From Flavobacteriales bacterium (GTDB lineage: Bacteria; Bacteroidota; Bacteroidia; Flavobacteriales_F; PHOS-HE28), in contig JADJAA010000001.1 in the NCBI GenBank assembly GCA_016704485.1, positions 1,554,824-1,618,823 of the forward strand: a stretch of DNA of 64,000 nucleotides, given 5' to 3'. The notes below the pieces were generated by a model that searched no databases, was not told the origin of the DNA, and saw nothing but the letters and a program-made list of their open reading frames with translations. Below, piece by piece: positions 1-9,003 of the stretch (position 1 is the stretch's first letter; every line of letters starts with the position of its first letter). The translations under genes and the position numbers were made by a program.

Positions 1-1266
1 TACTGCAAACGCATAGTCGGTGCCATCGTTCGCGTATCCGGCCACAATGATGTTGCCGTCCGGTTGAAGCGCACTCGAATTGGCCATGTCATCGAAACCG
101 TTAAAGTCGGTGATCACGATACCGACCGAGCCAAGATCTGGATCAGGCGTTCCATCCGCGTTGTATCGGACCAATGCAAAATCGGTACTTGCAGCATTAT
201 AGGAAGTCCCTGCCAACAACACTTTCCCGTCCGGCTGCAAGATGACAGAATTGCCCGTATCATCGAATCCGCCCGCGATGTCAGTTGTAATATGGCCGTC
301 CGTTCCGAAATCCGTGTCAGGCGTGCCATCGGTGTTATAGCGGATCAAAACAAAATCACTTGCTGAACCAGAACCGATGCTTCCGGCCAACAGGATCTTC
401 CCGTCCGGCTGGATCACTACTGAATTGCCGTTTCCCTGATCATAACCCAGATCGGTGGTCAATTTTCCATCATCACTAAAGCTGTTGTCCAAGCTGCCAT
501 CAACGTTGTATCTGGCCAGTGCGATGTCAAAGGTCGGAGACCAGTGTGAAACGCCCACCGCTACGATCTTCCCGTCCGGCTGAATGGCGACTGATCGAAT
601 GCGGGCAAAATTATAACCGAACTCCGTTGTCGATCTACCGTCAACACCGAAGTCGGTATCGAGCGTTCCATCCGGGTTGTAACGTACCAGGGCGAAAACC
701 CCGCTTACAATTTGTGACACATCTTCGTACGCACCCCCTGCAGCTATGATCTTCCCATCCGACTGGATCGCCAGTGATCCGACCTCAGCAGGCCCTCCAC
801 TTCCAACGGCAGTTGTCACTTTACCGTCCGTACCAAAACTGGTGTCAAGGGTGCCATCCGGGTTATACCGTGCCAACGCAAAGACGTACGTAGAGCCAAT
901 GTAAGCACCTCCGGCCATGATGATCTTTCCATCCGATTGTACCGCTACTGCATATACGGAGGCATTATTCAGTCCCATGTTGGTAGCCACCTTCCCATTG
1001 GTCCCAAAATCAGTGTCGAGGCTACCATCAACGTTGTAACCGACCGCACCGAAAGCGAAAAGCGAATTGTTCGTTACTGTTCCGACTACGACCAGCTTTC
1101 CGTCCGGCCTAATTGCAACAGATGCTCCTTGAGCATTCATGGATCCAAAATCGGTAGTCACCTTTCCATCTCCATCAAAACTGGCATCCAAGCTACCGGG
1201 TTGTGCGAATGTTGTTGGGCCAAGTGCGAGGAACAATGCGCAAAGGGTTGTTGCTGCGTAGTTCAT
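1..1266 (-). CDS. Secreted delta-60 repeat (beta-propeller-type DxxFGxxGK repeat) protein; C-terminus lies beyond the window start
   Basis: Reverse-complement translation from ATG at 1266..1264 gives MNYAATTLCALFLALGPTTFAQPGSLDASFDGDGKVTTDFG... There are about 8 tandem ~50-aa repeats of the form RYNxDGSLDTxFGxDGKVxT...IQxDGKI, preceded by a signal peptide. The frame stays open to position 1, so there is no stop in the window and the ORF track omits it. Confidence 0.75.
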   Translation of the reverse strand, partial: MNYAATTLCALFLALGPTTFAQPGSLDASFDGDGKVTTDFGSMNAQGASVAIRPDGKLVVVGTVTNNSLFAFGAVGYNVDGSLDTDFGTNGKVATNMGLNNASVYAVAVQSDGKIIMAGGAYIGSTYVFALARYNPDGTLDTSFGTDGKVTTAVGSGGPAEVGSLAIQSDGKIIAAGGAYEDVSQIVSGVFALVRYNPDGTLDTDFGVDGRSTTEFGYNFARIRSVAIQPDGKIVAVGVSHWSPTFDIALARYNVDGSLDNSFSDDGKLTTDLGYDQGNGNSVVIQPDGKILLAGSIGSGSASDFVLIRYNTDGTPDTDFGTDGHITTDIAGGFDDTGNSVILQPDGKVLLAGTSYNAASTDFALVRYNADGTPDPDLGSVGIVITDFNGFDDMANSSALQPDGNIIVAGYANDGTDYAFAV

Positions 1267-1395
1267 GGTGTGTGGGTTTTGCTTGGGAATATAAAAAGCT
1301 TTCGTAAGTAAATTGGTAACAGTTCGGCTCTATGCGCGAGTATGGGCTGCATCGGATGTGTTCATGGGAACATTCGATCTGCTAACGGGTTTTCC

Positions 1396-1695
1396 TCAAT
1401 GCCAATATCGTTTAGCGTTATAACAGATATTCGTTCCGGGATCTTCTTTTACAATGATAGCATTTACTGCTGGCTCTTGGTTCGTAACAAAGTACATCTC
1501 CATTTCACCCTTGCCCTTCGCTTGAACTTTGCCTCTTGGAGTGAAGGTAAGTCCAGGCTCGCTCTTTACCAACGCATAGGTCGCCTCACTGATGTTGACT
1601 TGGCCAACCTCACCGCTGCTCTCCATACGACTTGCCGTGTTCACCGTATCGCCCCAGATGTCGTACTGGAATTTCTTCACGCCTACGAGCCCGCA
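1396..1695 (-). pseudogene. Remnant of the C-terminal ~100 aa of an adenylate/guanylate cyclase catalytic domain (paralog of the 3' end of the 21999..23375 gene)
   Basis: ORF 1396..1782(-) contains GLVGVKKFQYDIWGDTVNTASRMESSGEVGQVNISEATYALVKSEPGLTFTPRGKVQAKGKGEMEMYFV. This is ~75% identical to the C-terminus of the cyclase at 21999..23375 (GIVGVKKFQYDIWGDTVNTASRMESNSEVGQVNISQSTYELVKNVPGLAFTSRGKIPVKGKGELEMYFV). Upstream residues do not match a cyclase, so there is no N-terminal catalytic half. Confidence 0.6.
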
Positions 1696-1819
1696 GTGGG
1701 CGGCTGCCGCGCGGATACCGGATCGCCACGCACAGTTGCCTGCCGAGCTGCTGTGACGCACATAAAAGAACTGGATCATCACTGCACCGCTACCTGCCTA
1801 ACTGCTGCGCCGCGAAGAA

Positions 1820-3292
1820 TTAAAGCACTACTTGCTGAAGAACCCCTAACACCTCCACCATCGCAAGCGTATCCATCTTGCAATAGGCCAACAGGTCGGT
1901 CCGCAGTTGGGGTACGTTGCCGGTGTAGGTGCCGCTGGCGAGTTGCGTGAAGCGCAGACTGGCGGTGCCGCCTTCCTGCACGTTGAGGGTCTTGTAACTG
2001 AGTGTTGGCACTAAGGCAGGGAGTACCGTCTTGATGCCGTACTTGCCGTTCATTTGCGGGGCGTAGTACCAACCGTGTCTGAAGGCATCCATCAGGTCCT
2101 TGATGCGCGGTAGTAGTTGCTGGATGGCTGGTGCATGGTGTGGAAGGTCGCGCGCTAGATCGCGCAGCACCATGCGTTCGAAGGTTGCGTTGTACGCGAG
2201 GATGTCGCCCGTTGGACCAATGTCCTTGAGCAATTGCTGCACGAGTGCTTCGCGTGGATCGCTGGTGCCATCCGCTAGGAACTCATGGTGCGTTGCCGGT
2301 GCACTTGGTGCGGACTGCACATGCAAGCTGTATTGGAAGGGCATCTGCTGGAACGGACGTGTGCCGTCATAGAGCGGTATGCTCGGCATCATTGTCTCGA
2401 AATCGAAATGATGCACCGGGTATTCCAGCGCCGCCAACCACTGGTGTAGCGGTTCGTGCTGGATGTGTCCTTCGCCACTTTTCCATGCATTCACTTGCCG
2501 ACGTTGTGCAGCGCTGAGCTTTTCATTTTCCGGAATGTCCACCAGCTTCAGGATGCCCCGTTGGTACAACGACCATTTCTGTTCAGTAGCACCTGTTAGC
2601 TCGAATACCGACCGCTCCGGAATGTGCAACCAACAGTGTGGTTTGAAGTCGCACGGGTAGGGTGCATCGCATTGCGGACCAATGTCGACAACGGGTGCTT
2701 GCTCTTGTTGCACCACCTGTTTCAGCGCTTCGATGCGCGCGGGTATCGCCGCTTGCTCACGCAGTACCTCCGCAAGTACGGAGGTGCGGTTGAAGAGCTG
2801 CTGCACATCCACCGCGCCCTGTTTCACATAGCTGTTGTTCAAGTACACAATGCTGACATCCGCCAACGCGATGCTGCCCGAGATGACATAGTACTGCAAC
2901 GCAGCATCCTGCACATACACATCCTTCACGCCTGTGCTGCCTTTCACTTCAAATGCTTTCCATCCCTCGGCCGTATGCACCAGCAGGTCCAACGCGGCCA
3001 ACACACCGTCGCGCATGAACGCCGCTTCGTAGATCACCCGCTCACCGCGCGCAATGGCCGCTGCGGTATCCACCACGCTCTGCGCGAACTCGAACGGCGA
3101 AGGCGGCGCACAGTCCACTCCTCCTGGAAAAAGCTGCTGCGCCATCAACCCTACCGACGTGCCCGAATCAAAGATGGCCTGCTGCTGCGCACCGATGGGT
3201 GGCAACAGATCGCGCCGGTGCTTGTACAACCACAACGCCTTGGGACATTGCTTGCCCCGCATGTACGTGCTTTTGGAGAGTAGGTGGGACAT
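1820..3292 (-). CDS. DUF2779-like protein: PD-(D/E)XK / Cas4-like nuclease with a Cys cluster plus a C-terminal RNaseH-like exonuclease fold
   Basis: 490-aa ORF. Its N-terminus MSHLLSKSTYMRGKQCPKALWLYKHR is characteristic of DUF2779 proteins. It has the Cys cluster CDAPYPCDFKPHC and a C-terminal DEDD-like region. Confidence 0.6.
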   Translation of the reverse strand: MSHLLSKSTYMRGKQCPKALWLYKHRRDLLPPIGAQQQAIFDSGTSVGLMAQQLFPGGVDCAPPSPFEFAQSVVDTAAAIARGERVIYEAAFMRDGVLAALDLLVHTAEGWKAFEVKGSTGVKDVYVQDAALQYYVISGSIALADVSIVYLNNSYVKQGAVDVQQLFNRTSVLAEVLREQAAIPARIEALKQVVQQEQAPVVDIGPQCDAPYPCDFKPHCWLHIPERSVFELTGATEQKWSLYQRGILKLVDIPENEKLSAAQRRQVNAWKSGEGHIQHEPLHQWLAALEYPVHHFDFETMMPSIPLYDGTRPFQQMPFQYSLHVQSAPSAPATHHEFLADGTSDPREALVQQLLKDIGPTGDILAYNATFERMVLRDLARDLPHHAPAIQQLLPRIKDLMDAFRHGWYYAPQMNGKYGIKTVLPALVPTLSYKTLNVQEGGTASLRFTQLASGTYTGNVPQLRTDLLAYCKMDTLAMVEVLGVLQQVVL

Positions 3293-3469
3293 GGGGGAGA
3301 ACTGATAGCACGCTCTCCGGGTCGGGGCCCGGAGTGACAGAGTTTAAAGGTGGGATAAACGCAGATAGAAATAGTGAAGGAGAGACCGCGTTCGCTGTCT
3401 TTTGCGAGGCAAGGAGGCTAGGCTCGAAAGCACGTTGTGAATGGTGAACGCACTTGTAGTCCCTCTGCG

Positions 3470-3814
3470 CTACTCGGTATCGATCTTCTTTGGTTCCTTC
3501 ACCGGTTCAGCGGTGCCGGTACCGGTCTCCTTATGCTCGAAGATGAAGTTCAACGGACTCAGTTGCTCTGCTGCAACTGCCACTTCCTTTTGTTGCACCA
3601 CAGCTTTTTCGCCGGTGCCATAGGTTACGTGTACCATGTGATCGCCAACGGGTGCATTGTGCATGAAGGGCGTGCCGGCCACTACTTCACCAACGGCGGT
3701 GCTGTCCACCATCACCTGGGCGTTCACGTTGGACATGACCAGGATCTTGCCGGTGGTCTGCGCTTGGATGAGCGAAGAAAGGAAAACGGTAATGATGATA
3801 ATGGAAGTGCGCAT
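3470..3814 (-). CDS. Small secreted hypothetical protein
   Basis: ORF 3470..3859(-). An internal Met at 3814 starts a signal peptide MRTSIIIITVFLSSLIQAQ. The overlapping + strand ORF lacks such features. Confidence 0.4.
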   Translation of the reverse strand: MRTSIIIITVFLSSLIQAQTTGKILVMSNVNAQVMVDSTAVGEVVAGTPFMHNAPVGDHMVHVTYGTGEKAVVQQKEVAVAAEQLSPLNFIFEHKETGTGTAEPVKEPKKIDTE

Positions 3815-3928
3815 CGGTTGAAATTTTGCGTGGTTTGGTTCCGGTATTTCGGTTGGCATGTCCGAACTTATCGGAATGCGGAGGTGAAGGTATAGTGTAT
3901 GATCACCATCTGCGGTTGGGAGATCGTG

Positions 3929-5674
3929 TTACTGCACCACCACGCTCAAGGTCCGCACGCGTTCACCTGCACGCACCACCACTAGGTAGCGACCTGCTGC
4001 GGCATCGGGCAACTGGATGGCTTGGCTCGGCGTGTTGCGCTGCTGTCCGCTCCAACACACCTTGCCACTTGCATCGAATACGTTGATGCTCGCTTGGTGC
4101 ATGTCCGATGGAAGCACCAAGTTGAAGCGCCCGGTGTTCGGATTCGGAAAGGCGATGATCATCTCCGCATCGACTTCCTCGTTGAGTGCAGTGATGACCA
4201 ACATGTAATCAGTAGTGAGCGTGCAGCCCGTTGCGGTGGTGACGGTAACACTGTATTGCCCACCTGTTGCAGCCACCACGAAAGGGGCGTCCGAGCCGGG
4301 CAAGGGTACGCCGTTCAGGCTCCACGCGTAGCTCTCGAAATCGCCTTGAACCAACAGCACTTGTCCGCTTGCTTCAATGGTGACCGATGGACACACCACG
4401 ATGGTATCGCTGTTAGCAGTACAGCCGAATGCATTCGTTGCAACACCCCACCACAAGCCGGTGCTATCCGTGGGAACGCAAGGGCCGTTCACGTTGGGCA
4501 CCGTGTCGCCGTTGTTGTACCAGACGTAGGTCAACGGAATGGTATCCGTGGCGCAGAGCAATGCTGCGGCGGTGTCATAGCTCGTGGAAAGTTGGGGTAC
4601 AGGGAACACACGGACCGTATCCGTATCGGTGAAGACCAATTGCGGTACCACGGAAATGGTGAGGCTGCCGAAGGTGCCGTTGCCCAACGCGAAAGGTACT
4701 ACGCCATTGCTGCCGGTCGGGATGTTGAACGTGCCGAGGTCATCGTCCTGGCTCACGGGATCTTCATCGAAGAAGGCGATCGAATACGGTGGGTTCGCTA
4801 AGAGGTGGCCCACATCGTTCCAGGTCATGCTCGTGCTGTTGTCTCCAGTGCCACTCGTGGTGCTGTTGCCGTTGCCATCGGTGAGCACGTAGTACAGATC
4901 CGGATCGCCCGTGCACGCACCGAAGAGCGATGGTTCCTCTACATCGCCGCACCAATTGTCGCTCACGCCGCCCAGCACTACATCGTTAAGTACGAAGCCG
5001 CCGATCGTTGTGGTGAGCGCTACCACATGATCGCCCGGCGTATCAAAACTTGCGCTCGGCGTGGCACTGTTGCTCGTGTTCCCGTTGCCAAGGTCCCACG
5101 CATAACTTGTGGGTGCCGGAGCGCCATCGAGCAACGCGGTGAACTGCACATCGGCACTTCCGCATCCGCTGCTGGGTGTGAATGTGAAACTTGCATTTCC
5201 ACCACTGCCCGCTTGCACTACCAACGTGACACCAAACGTCTGCGACACGTTCAACGTGAAACCGCTCGCTTCCACCTGTGCAATGATGTTGATCGCGATG
5301 GTGTACGTGCCACTTCCAATGGGTGTGCCGCACAGCCGCGCGCAACCATACTGGTTCACCTGCGGATAGTAGATGCCCAACGGTTCGTTCGACGTAAGCT
5401 CCATGCCGAAGGGCACCCCCGTGACACTGGTGATCGTCATCTGCAAAAAGTTGACGTTCATTCCCGTTCCCGGATCGGTGAAGTTGGCCGGTAACCAAAA
5501 GGTGATGTCGCTTGCATACGCTTCACCTGCCGTAGCATCGGGTGGTTGCAACGGACACAGGGTAGGGTAGGCCGGCGTGGCAAAACAAGTGGCATCGATC
5601 GCGCAGCTGATGCATTGCGCGTGTACGCTGCCCAACGCGAGCAGCGCAATAGTGAGGAGGAGTGTTCGGATCAT
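3929..5674 (-). CDS. T9SS C-terminal sorting domain-containing secreted protein (PKD/Ig-like repeats)
   Basis: ORF 3929..5743(-). The likely start at 5674 gives signal peptide MIRTLLLTIALLALGSVHAQ. The C-terminus ...AAAGRYLVVVRAGERVRTLSVVVQ is a typical Por/T9SS CTD. The protein is Thr/Gly/Asn-rich with beta-repeat composition. Confidence 0.75.
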   Translation of the reverse strand: MIRTLLLTIALLALGSVHAQCISCAIDATCFATPAYPTLCPLQPPDATAGEAYASDITFWLPANFTDPGTGMNVNFLQMTITSVTGVPFGMELTSNEPLGIYYPQVNQYGCARLCGTPIGSGTYTIAINIIAQVEASGFTLNVSQTFGVTLVVQAGSGGNASFTFTPSSGCGSADVQFTALLDGAPAPTSYAWDLGNGNTSNSATPSASFDTPGDHVVALTTTIGGFVLNDVVLGGVSDNWCGDVEEPSLFGACTGDPDLYYVLTDGNGNSTTSGTGDNSTSMTWNDVGHLLANPPYSIAFFDEDPVSQDDDLGTFNIPTGSNGVVPFALGNGTFGSLTISVVPQLVFTDTDTVRVFPVPQLSTSYDTAAALLCATDTIPLTYVWYNNGDTVPNVNGPCVPTDSTGLWWGVATNAFGCTANSDTIVVCPSVTIEASGQVLLVQGDFESYAWSLNGVPLPGSDAPFVVAATGGQYSVTVTTATGCTLTTDYMLVITALNEEVDAEMIIAFPNPNTGRFNLVLPSDMHQASINVFDASGKVCWSGQQRNTPSQAIQLPDAAAGRYLVVVRAGERVRTLSVVVQ

Positions 5675-5739
5675 GGTGCAATGGCCTGCCCGAAGATCGG
5701 GTTCGGCGGGGGAAGATACTAGGATACAGCGCCCTTCGT

Positions 5740-6642
5740 TCATCGTGTTCTCCGGAGCCGAGAAGGCTCTTCAGACGTTGGCTCTTCGCCCCCGCGCAGA
5801 CCGTGCGCATCGCGCTCATCCAGAGTCCATTTGGGTTTGGCGGTCTTCAATCGCTTTTCCACTTTCTTAATGTGTTCGGCAGGTGGAATGTTCTCCGGTA
5901 GTGTGCCACCAATACGACGGATGGCATCACGCACCTCCTTGCCTACTGACTCGTGTGTGCGTATTGCCTGCTGATCCCCATGCACACCTTCCCGGGCCAA
6001 TTTGTCACGGGTCTGCGTCATGCGGAATTGGTTCGCAGCGAGTTCGGTTGCGTTCATGCGGTCCAGCAATTGCTCTTTGCCAGGGATGCCCTTGCGCTGT
6101 TTGATCTGTGCGTTACCAATACCTCCGTAGAGCCCTTTGTAACCAGCATCGTGGAATACACCGAACATGCGCCCGTTCACCCCAGCCTGTTGTGCAGCAC
6201 CGCTCAATGCTTTGAATTCTTCGGCTGTTTGCTTGCGAATTTGCAGCCGTTCTTTGTCTGCGGCCAATTGGTCATTCACTTCTTGGCGTCTCGCTTGCAC
6301 AACAAAATACTGCTGCGCTAAGGCGATCTCCGGCTTGCGAGGGTCGCCGTTGATGGCGATTAGATAGCAGGCGAATCGGGAGAGGTGGAAATCGGCCAAC
6401 TGGCGCTCACTGCCCGATCCAAGAGGGACCATTTTGCCGGCGCCGGCAAAATGGTCGGTCGGCTCATTCCCTGACTCTCTACACGCATCTTGTGCCCGTT
6501 TGATGGCCTGTTCAAATCGCCGCCATTGGTCATAACCTAACAACGGTTGCAGCGCTCTGGCACTCCAGAACTCGGCACCATGTGAATTGACCTGCTTCAG
6601 TTCTTCGAAGCTGGGCGGGGTAGGGTTCGGTAACTCACTCAT
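5740..6642 (-). CDS. dinD: DNA damage-inducible protein D homolog
   Basis: 300 aa. It is collinear with E. coli DinD: FWSARALQPLLGYDQWRRFEQAIKRAQDACRESG..., LSRFACYLIAINGDPRKPEIALAQQYF, GLYGGIGNAQIKQRKG, ELAANQFRMTQT. Confidence 0.75.
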   Translation of the reverse strand: MSELPNPTPPSFEELKQVNSHGAEFWSARALQPLLGYDQWRRFEQAIKRAQDACRESGNEPTDHFAGAGKMVPLGSGSERQLADFHLSRFACYLIAINGDPRKPEIALAQQYFVVQARRQEVNDQLAADKERLQIRKQTAEEFKALSGAAQQAGVNGRMFGVFHDAGYKGLYGGIGNAQIKQRKGIPGKEQLLDRMNATELAANQFRMTQTRDKLAREGVHGDQQAIRTHESVGKEVRDAIRRIGGTLPENIPPAEHIKKVEKRLKTAKPKWTLDERDAHGLRGGEEPTSEEPSRLRRTR

Positions 6643-6849
6643 TCTGCTGACCGCTTTCTCGTCAACGCGGTTTGCACAATATACAGGCTTTGGACCAACA
6701 AATGAAGCTAACTACAATCCTCTAAAACCTTAATTCAGGAGCCGACCGCTTCGGCGTCTCCACAATCACAATGATCTCACAAATTGCCTACCTTTCATAG
6801 CGGTGTATTTGTAGATGAGGGTGGCATGGTGCAACCAAGATGAGGGAAC

Positions 6850-9003
6850 TTGAACGATCTTCGACCCGAACTAGCGCCCAATGTTACTAGCGCCCCACAA
6901 ACCCATGGATCCTGTCCTATGCGCACCTTAGAGGAAGATGCCTTGCGCTTGTTGCGGAGTTCGGTAGGGGATACCAAGGCCACCTTCAGGGAAGGTCAAC
7001 TGGAAGCCATCGTCGCCCTGGTCCGTGAGCGAAAGCGCTTGCTGGTGGTGCAATGTACCGGCTGGGGCAAGAGCAATGTGTATTTCATCAGTGCGAAGTT
7101 GCTGCGCGAAAAAGGGCATGGACCCACCGTTATCGTTAGTCCGCTATTGGCTTTGATGCGCAACCAATTGCAGGCCGCAGCGCGCATGGAGCTGAAGGCT
7201 ATCACCATCAACAGTGCCAACACGGATGAATGGGAGACGCTGCAAGAGCAGGTGGTATCCGGTGAAGCCGATGTGCTCCTGATCAGTCCGGAACGACTGG
7301 CCAACGAACGTTTTATCGCCGAGGTGCTGTTGCCCATCGCTGGACGCATCGGCATGCTCGTGGTGGACGAAGCGCATTGCATCAGCGATTGGGGGCACGA
7401 TTTCCGGCCCGACTATCGGCGCATCATCGCGATCCTGAAACAACTGCCTGCCAACCTACCGGTACTGGGTACAACCGCCACTGCCAACCAACGCGTGGTG
7501 GACGATCTGAAGGTGCAACTTGGCGACCTCACCATACAACGTGGGACCTTAGTGCGTGACAGTTTGATGCTCGATGCTGTGCAACTCCCCGACCAAGCCG
7601 CACGCCTCGCTTGGCGGACGCACTACCTGCCCCTGCTCCCCGGATCCGGTATCGTGTACACCCTTACCGTGCGCGATGCGGAGCGCGTTGCCGAATGGTT
7701 GCAACAGAACGGGATCGAAGCAAGGGCCTACCATGCCTCCGTCGTTGATACCGAAGATGGCGATCTGCGCGAGCGCTTGGAGCAGCAACTGCTCGATGGA
7801 AGCATCAAGGCCTTAGTTGCCACCACGGCACTCGGCATGGGCTACGACAAGCCCGACCTGGGTTTCGTGATCCACTTCCAAGCTCCCGGCTCCATCATCG
7901 GCTACTACCAACAAGTGGGGCGCGCCGGAAGGGCGATCGAGAAGGCCTACGGGATACTCCTACATGGCGAAGAAGATGCTGAGATCCATGCCTACTTTCA
8001 AGAGAACGCTTTCCCGAACGAGTCGAATGTGCTGCAGATACTGAAGACTTTAGAAGGTGGCAACGGTCTTTCCATCCGGCAACTGGAGCCGACCATGAAC
8101 CTGCGCTACGGGCAGTTGGAACAGGCCTTGAAATTCCTGAGCATGGAGGACCCTGCGCCGGTGGTGTTGCAGGACCATCTGTGGAAGCGCACACCGGTGG
8201 CCTACACCTTGGACCATGCGCACATCCAGCGCCTCATGGAACTACGAGAGCGCGAACGTGAGCAAGTTGTGGCCTACGTGCAACACACTGGCTGCCGCAT
8301 GGAATTCCTTCAACAGGCCTTGGATGATGTCGTGCATGCACCCTGTGGACATTGCGCCAATTGCTTGGACAAGCACTTCAAGGCGGACATGCCCCCAGCG
8401 GAAGTGGCCCGCGCGGCTACCTTTCTGCGCAGCGCGGAGATGGTACTCACCTGTCCGAAGGCACTACCCGCAGGTGGCTTGGATGCGCTCGACATTAAGG
8501 GCAACATACCGCTGGAGTTGCGCCCGCAGCCCGGAAGGATCCTCTGCCGTTGGGGCGACTCCGGTTGGGGCAAGTTGGTGGCGCAACAGAAGCACGACGG
8601 ACACTTCAAAGACGAACTCGTCCACGCCCTTGCCGAAATGGTGAACGAGCGCTGGTGTCCGGATCCGCCCCCAATGTGGGTGACCTGTGTGCCCTCCCTT
8701 CGCCATCCGGAATTGGTTCCCGATCTTGCACGCCGATTGGCCGCCAAGTTGGAACTTCCGTTCCACAACGTGGTGGAAAAGACCCGCCAGAACGAGGCGC
8801 AGAAAGCCATGCAGAACCGCTACCACCAGTGCCATAACCTCGATGGCGCCTTCGCCATCGGTACGGTGCCCGAAGGGCCTGTGCTATTGGTGGACGATGT
8901 GGTGGATTCCGGCTGGACCATTGCCATTCTTTCGGCACAACTGCTACAGGCCGGTTGTACCTTGGTGTACCCTATCGCACTAGCAAGCACCTCCCATACC
9001 TGA
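6850..9003 (+). CDS. RecQ-family SF2 DNA helicase fused to a C-terminal ComFC-like phosphoribosyltransferase (PRTase) domain
   Basis: 717 aa. RecQ motifs present are VVQCTGWGKSNVYFI (motif I), LLISPERL, LVVDEAHCISDWGHDFRPDYRR (DEAH box), and the helicase C region ...YYQQVGRAGR. The C-terminal 130 aa carry the PRTase signature VLLVDDVVDSGWTI. Stop TGA at 9001..9003 overlaps the next start (TGATG). Confidence 0.8.
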   Translation: MNDLRPELAPNVTSAPQTHGSCPMRTLEEDALRLLRSSVGDTKATFREGQLEAIVALVRERKRLLVVQCTGWGKSNVYFISAKLLREKGHGPTVIVSPLLALMRNQLQAAARMELKAITINSANTDEWETLQEQVVSGEADVLLISPERLANERFIAEVLLPIAGRIGMLVVDEAHCISDWGHDFRPDYRRIIAILKQLPANLPVLGTTATANQRVVDDLKVQLGDLTIQRGTLVRDSLMLDAVQLPDQAARLAWRTHYLPLLPGSGIVYTLTVRDAERVAEWLQQNGIEARAYHASVVDTEDGDLRERLEQQLLDGSIKALVATTALGMGYDKPDLGFVIHFQAPGSIIGYYQQVGRAGRAIEKAYGILLHGEEDAEIHAYFQENAFPNESNVLQILKTLEGGNGLSIRQLEPTMNLRYGQLEQALKFLSMEDPAPVVLQDHLWKRTPVAYTLDHAHIQRLMELREREREQVVAYVQHTGCRMEFLQQALDDVVHAPCGHCANCLDKHFKADMPPAEVARAATFLRSAEMVLTCPKALPAGGLDALDIKGNIPLELRPQPGRILCRWGDSGWGKLVAQQKHDGHFKDELVHALAEMVNERWCPDPPPMWVTCVPSLRHPELVPDLARRLAAKLELPFHNVVEKTRQNEAQKAMQNRYHQCHNLDGAFAIGTVPEGPVLLVDDVVDSGWTIAILSAQLLQAGCTLVYPIALASTSHT

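Noticed and set aside
64-1311. Plus-strand ORFs 64..366 and 937..1311 and minus ORF 114..329
   Set aside because: They lie inside or antisense to the well-supported minus-strand delta-60 repeat gene (1..1266). They have Arg/Cys-rich antisense composition.
4022-5494. Plus-strand ORFs 4022..4801 and 4805..5494 (229-259 aa)
   Set aside because: They are antisense to the T9SS CTD protein gene and are Arg/His-rich. The minus-strand product has a signal peptide and a canonical T9SS C-terminal domain.
8310-8938. Minus-strand ORFs inside the RecQ-PRT gene (8310..8810, 8464..8835, 8606..8938)
   Set aside because: They are antisense to a helicase gene with intact motifs. The GC-rich region generates long spurious ORFs.
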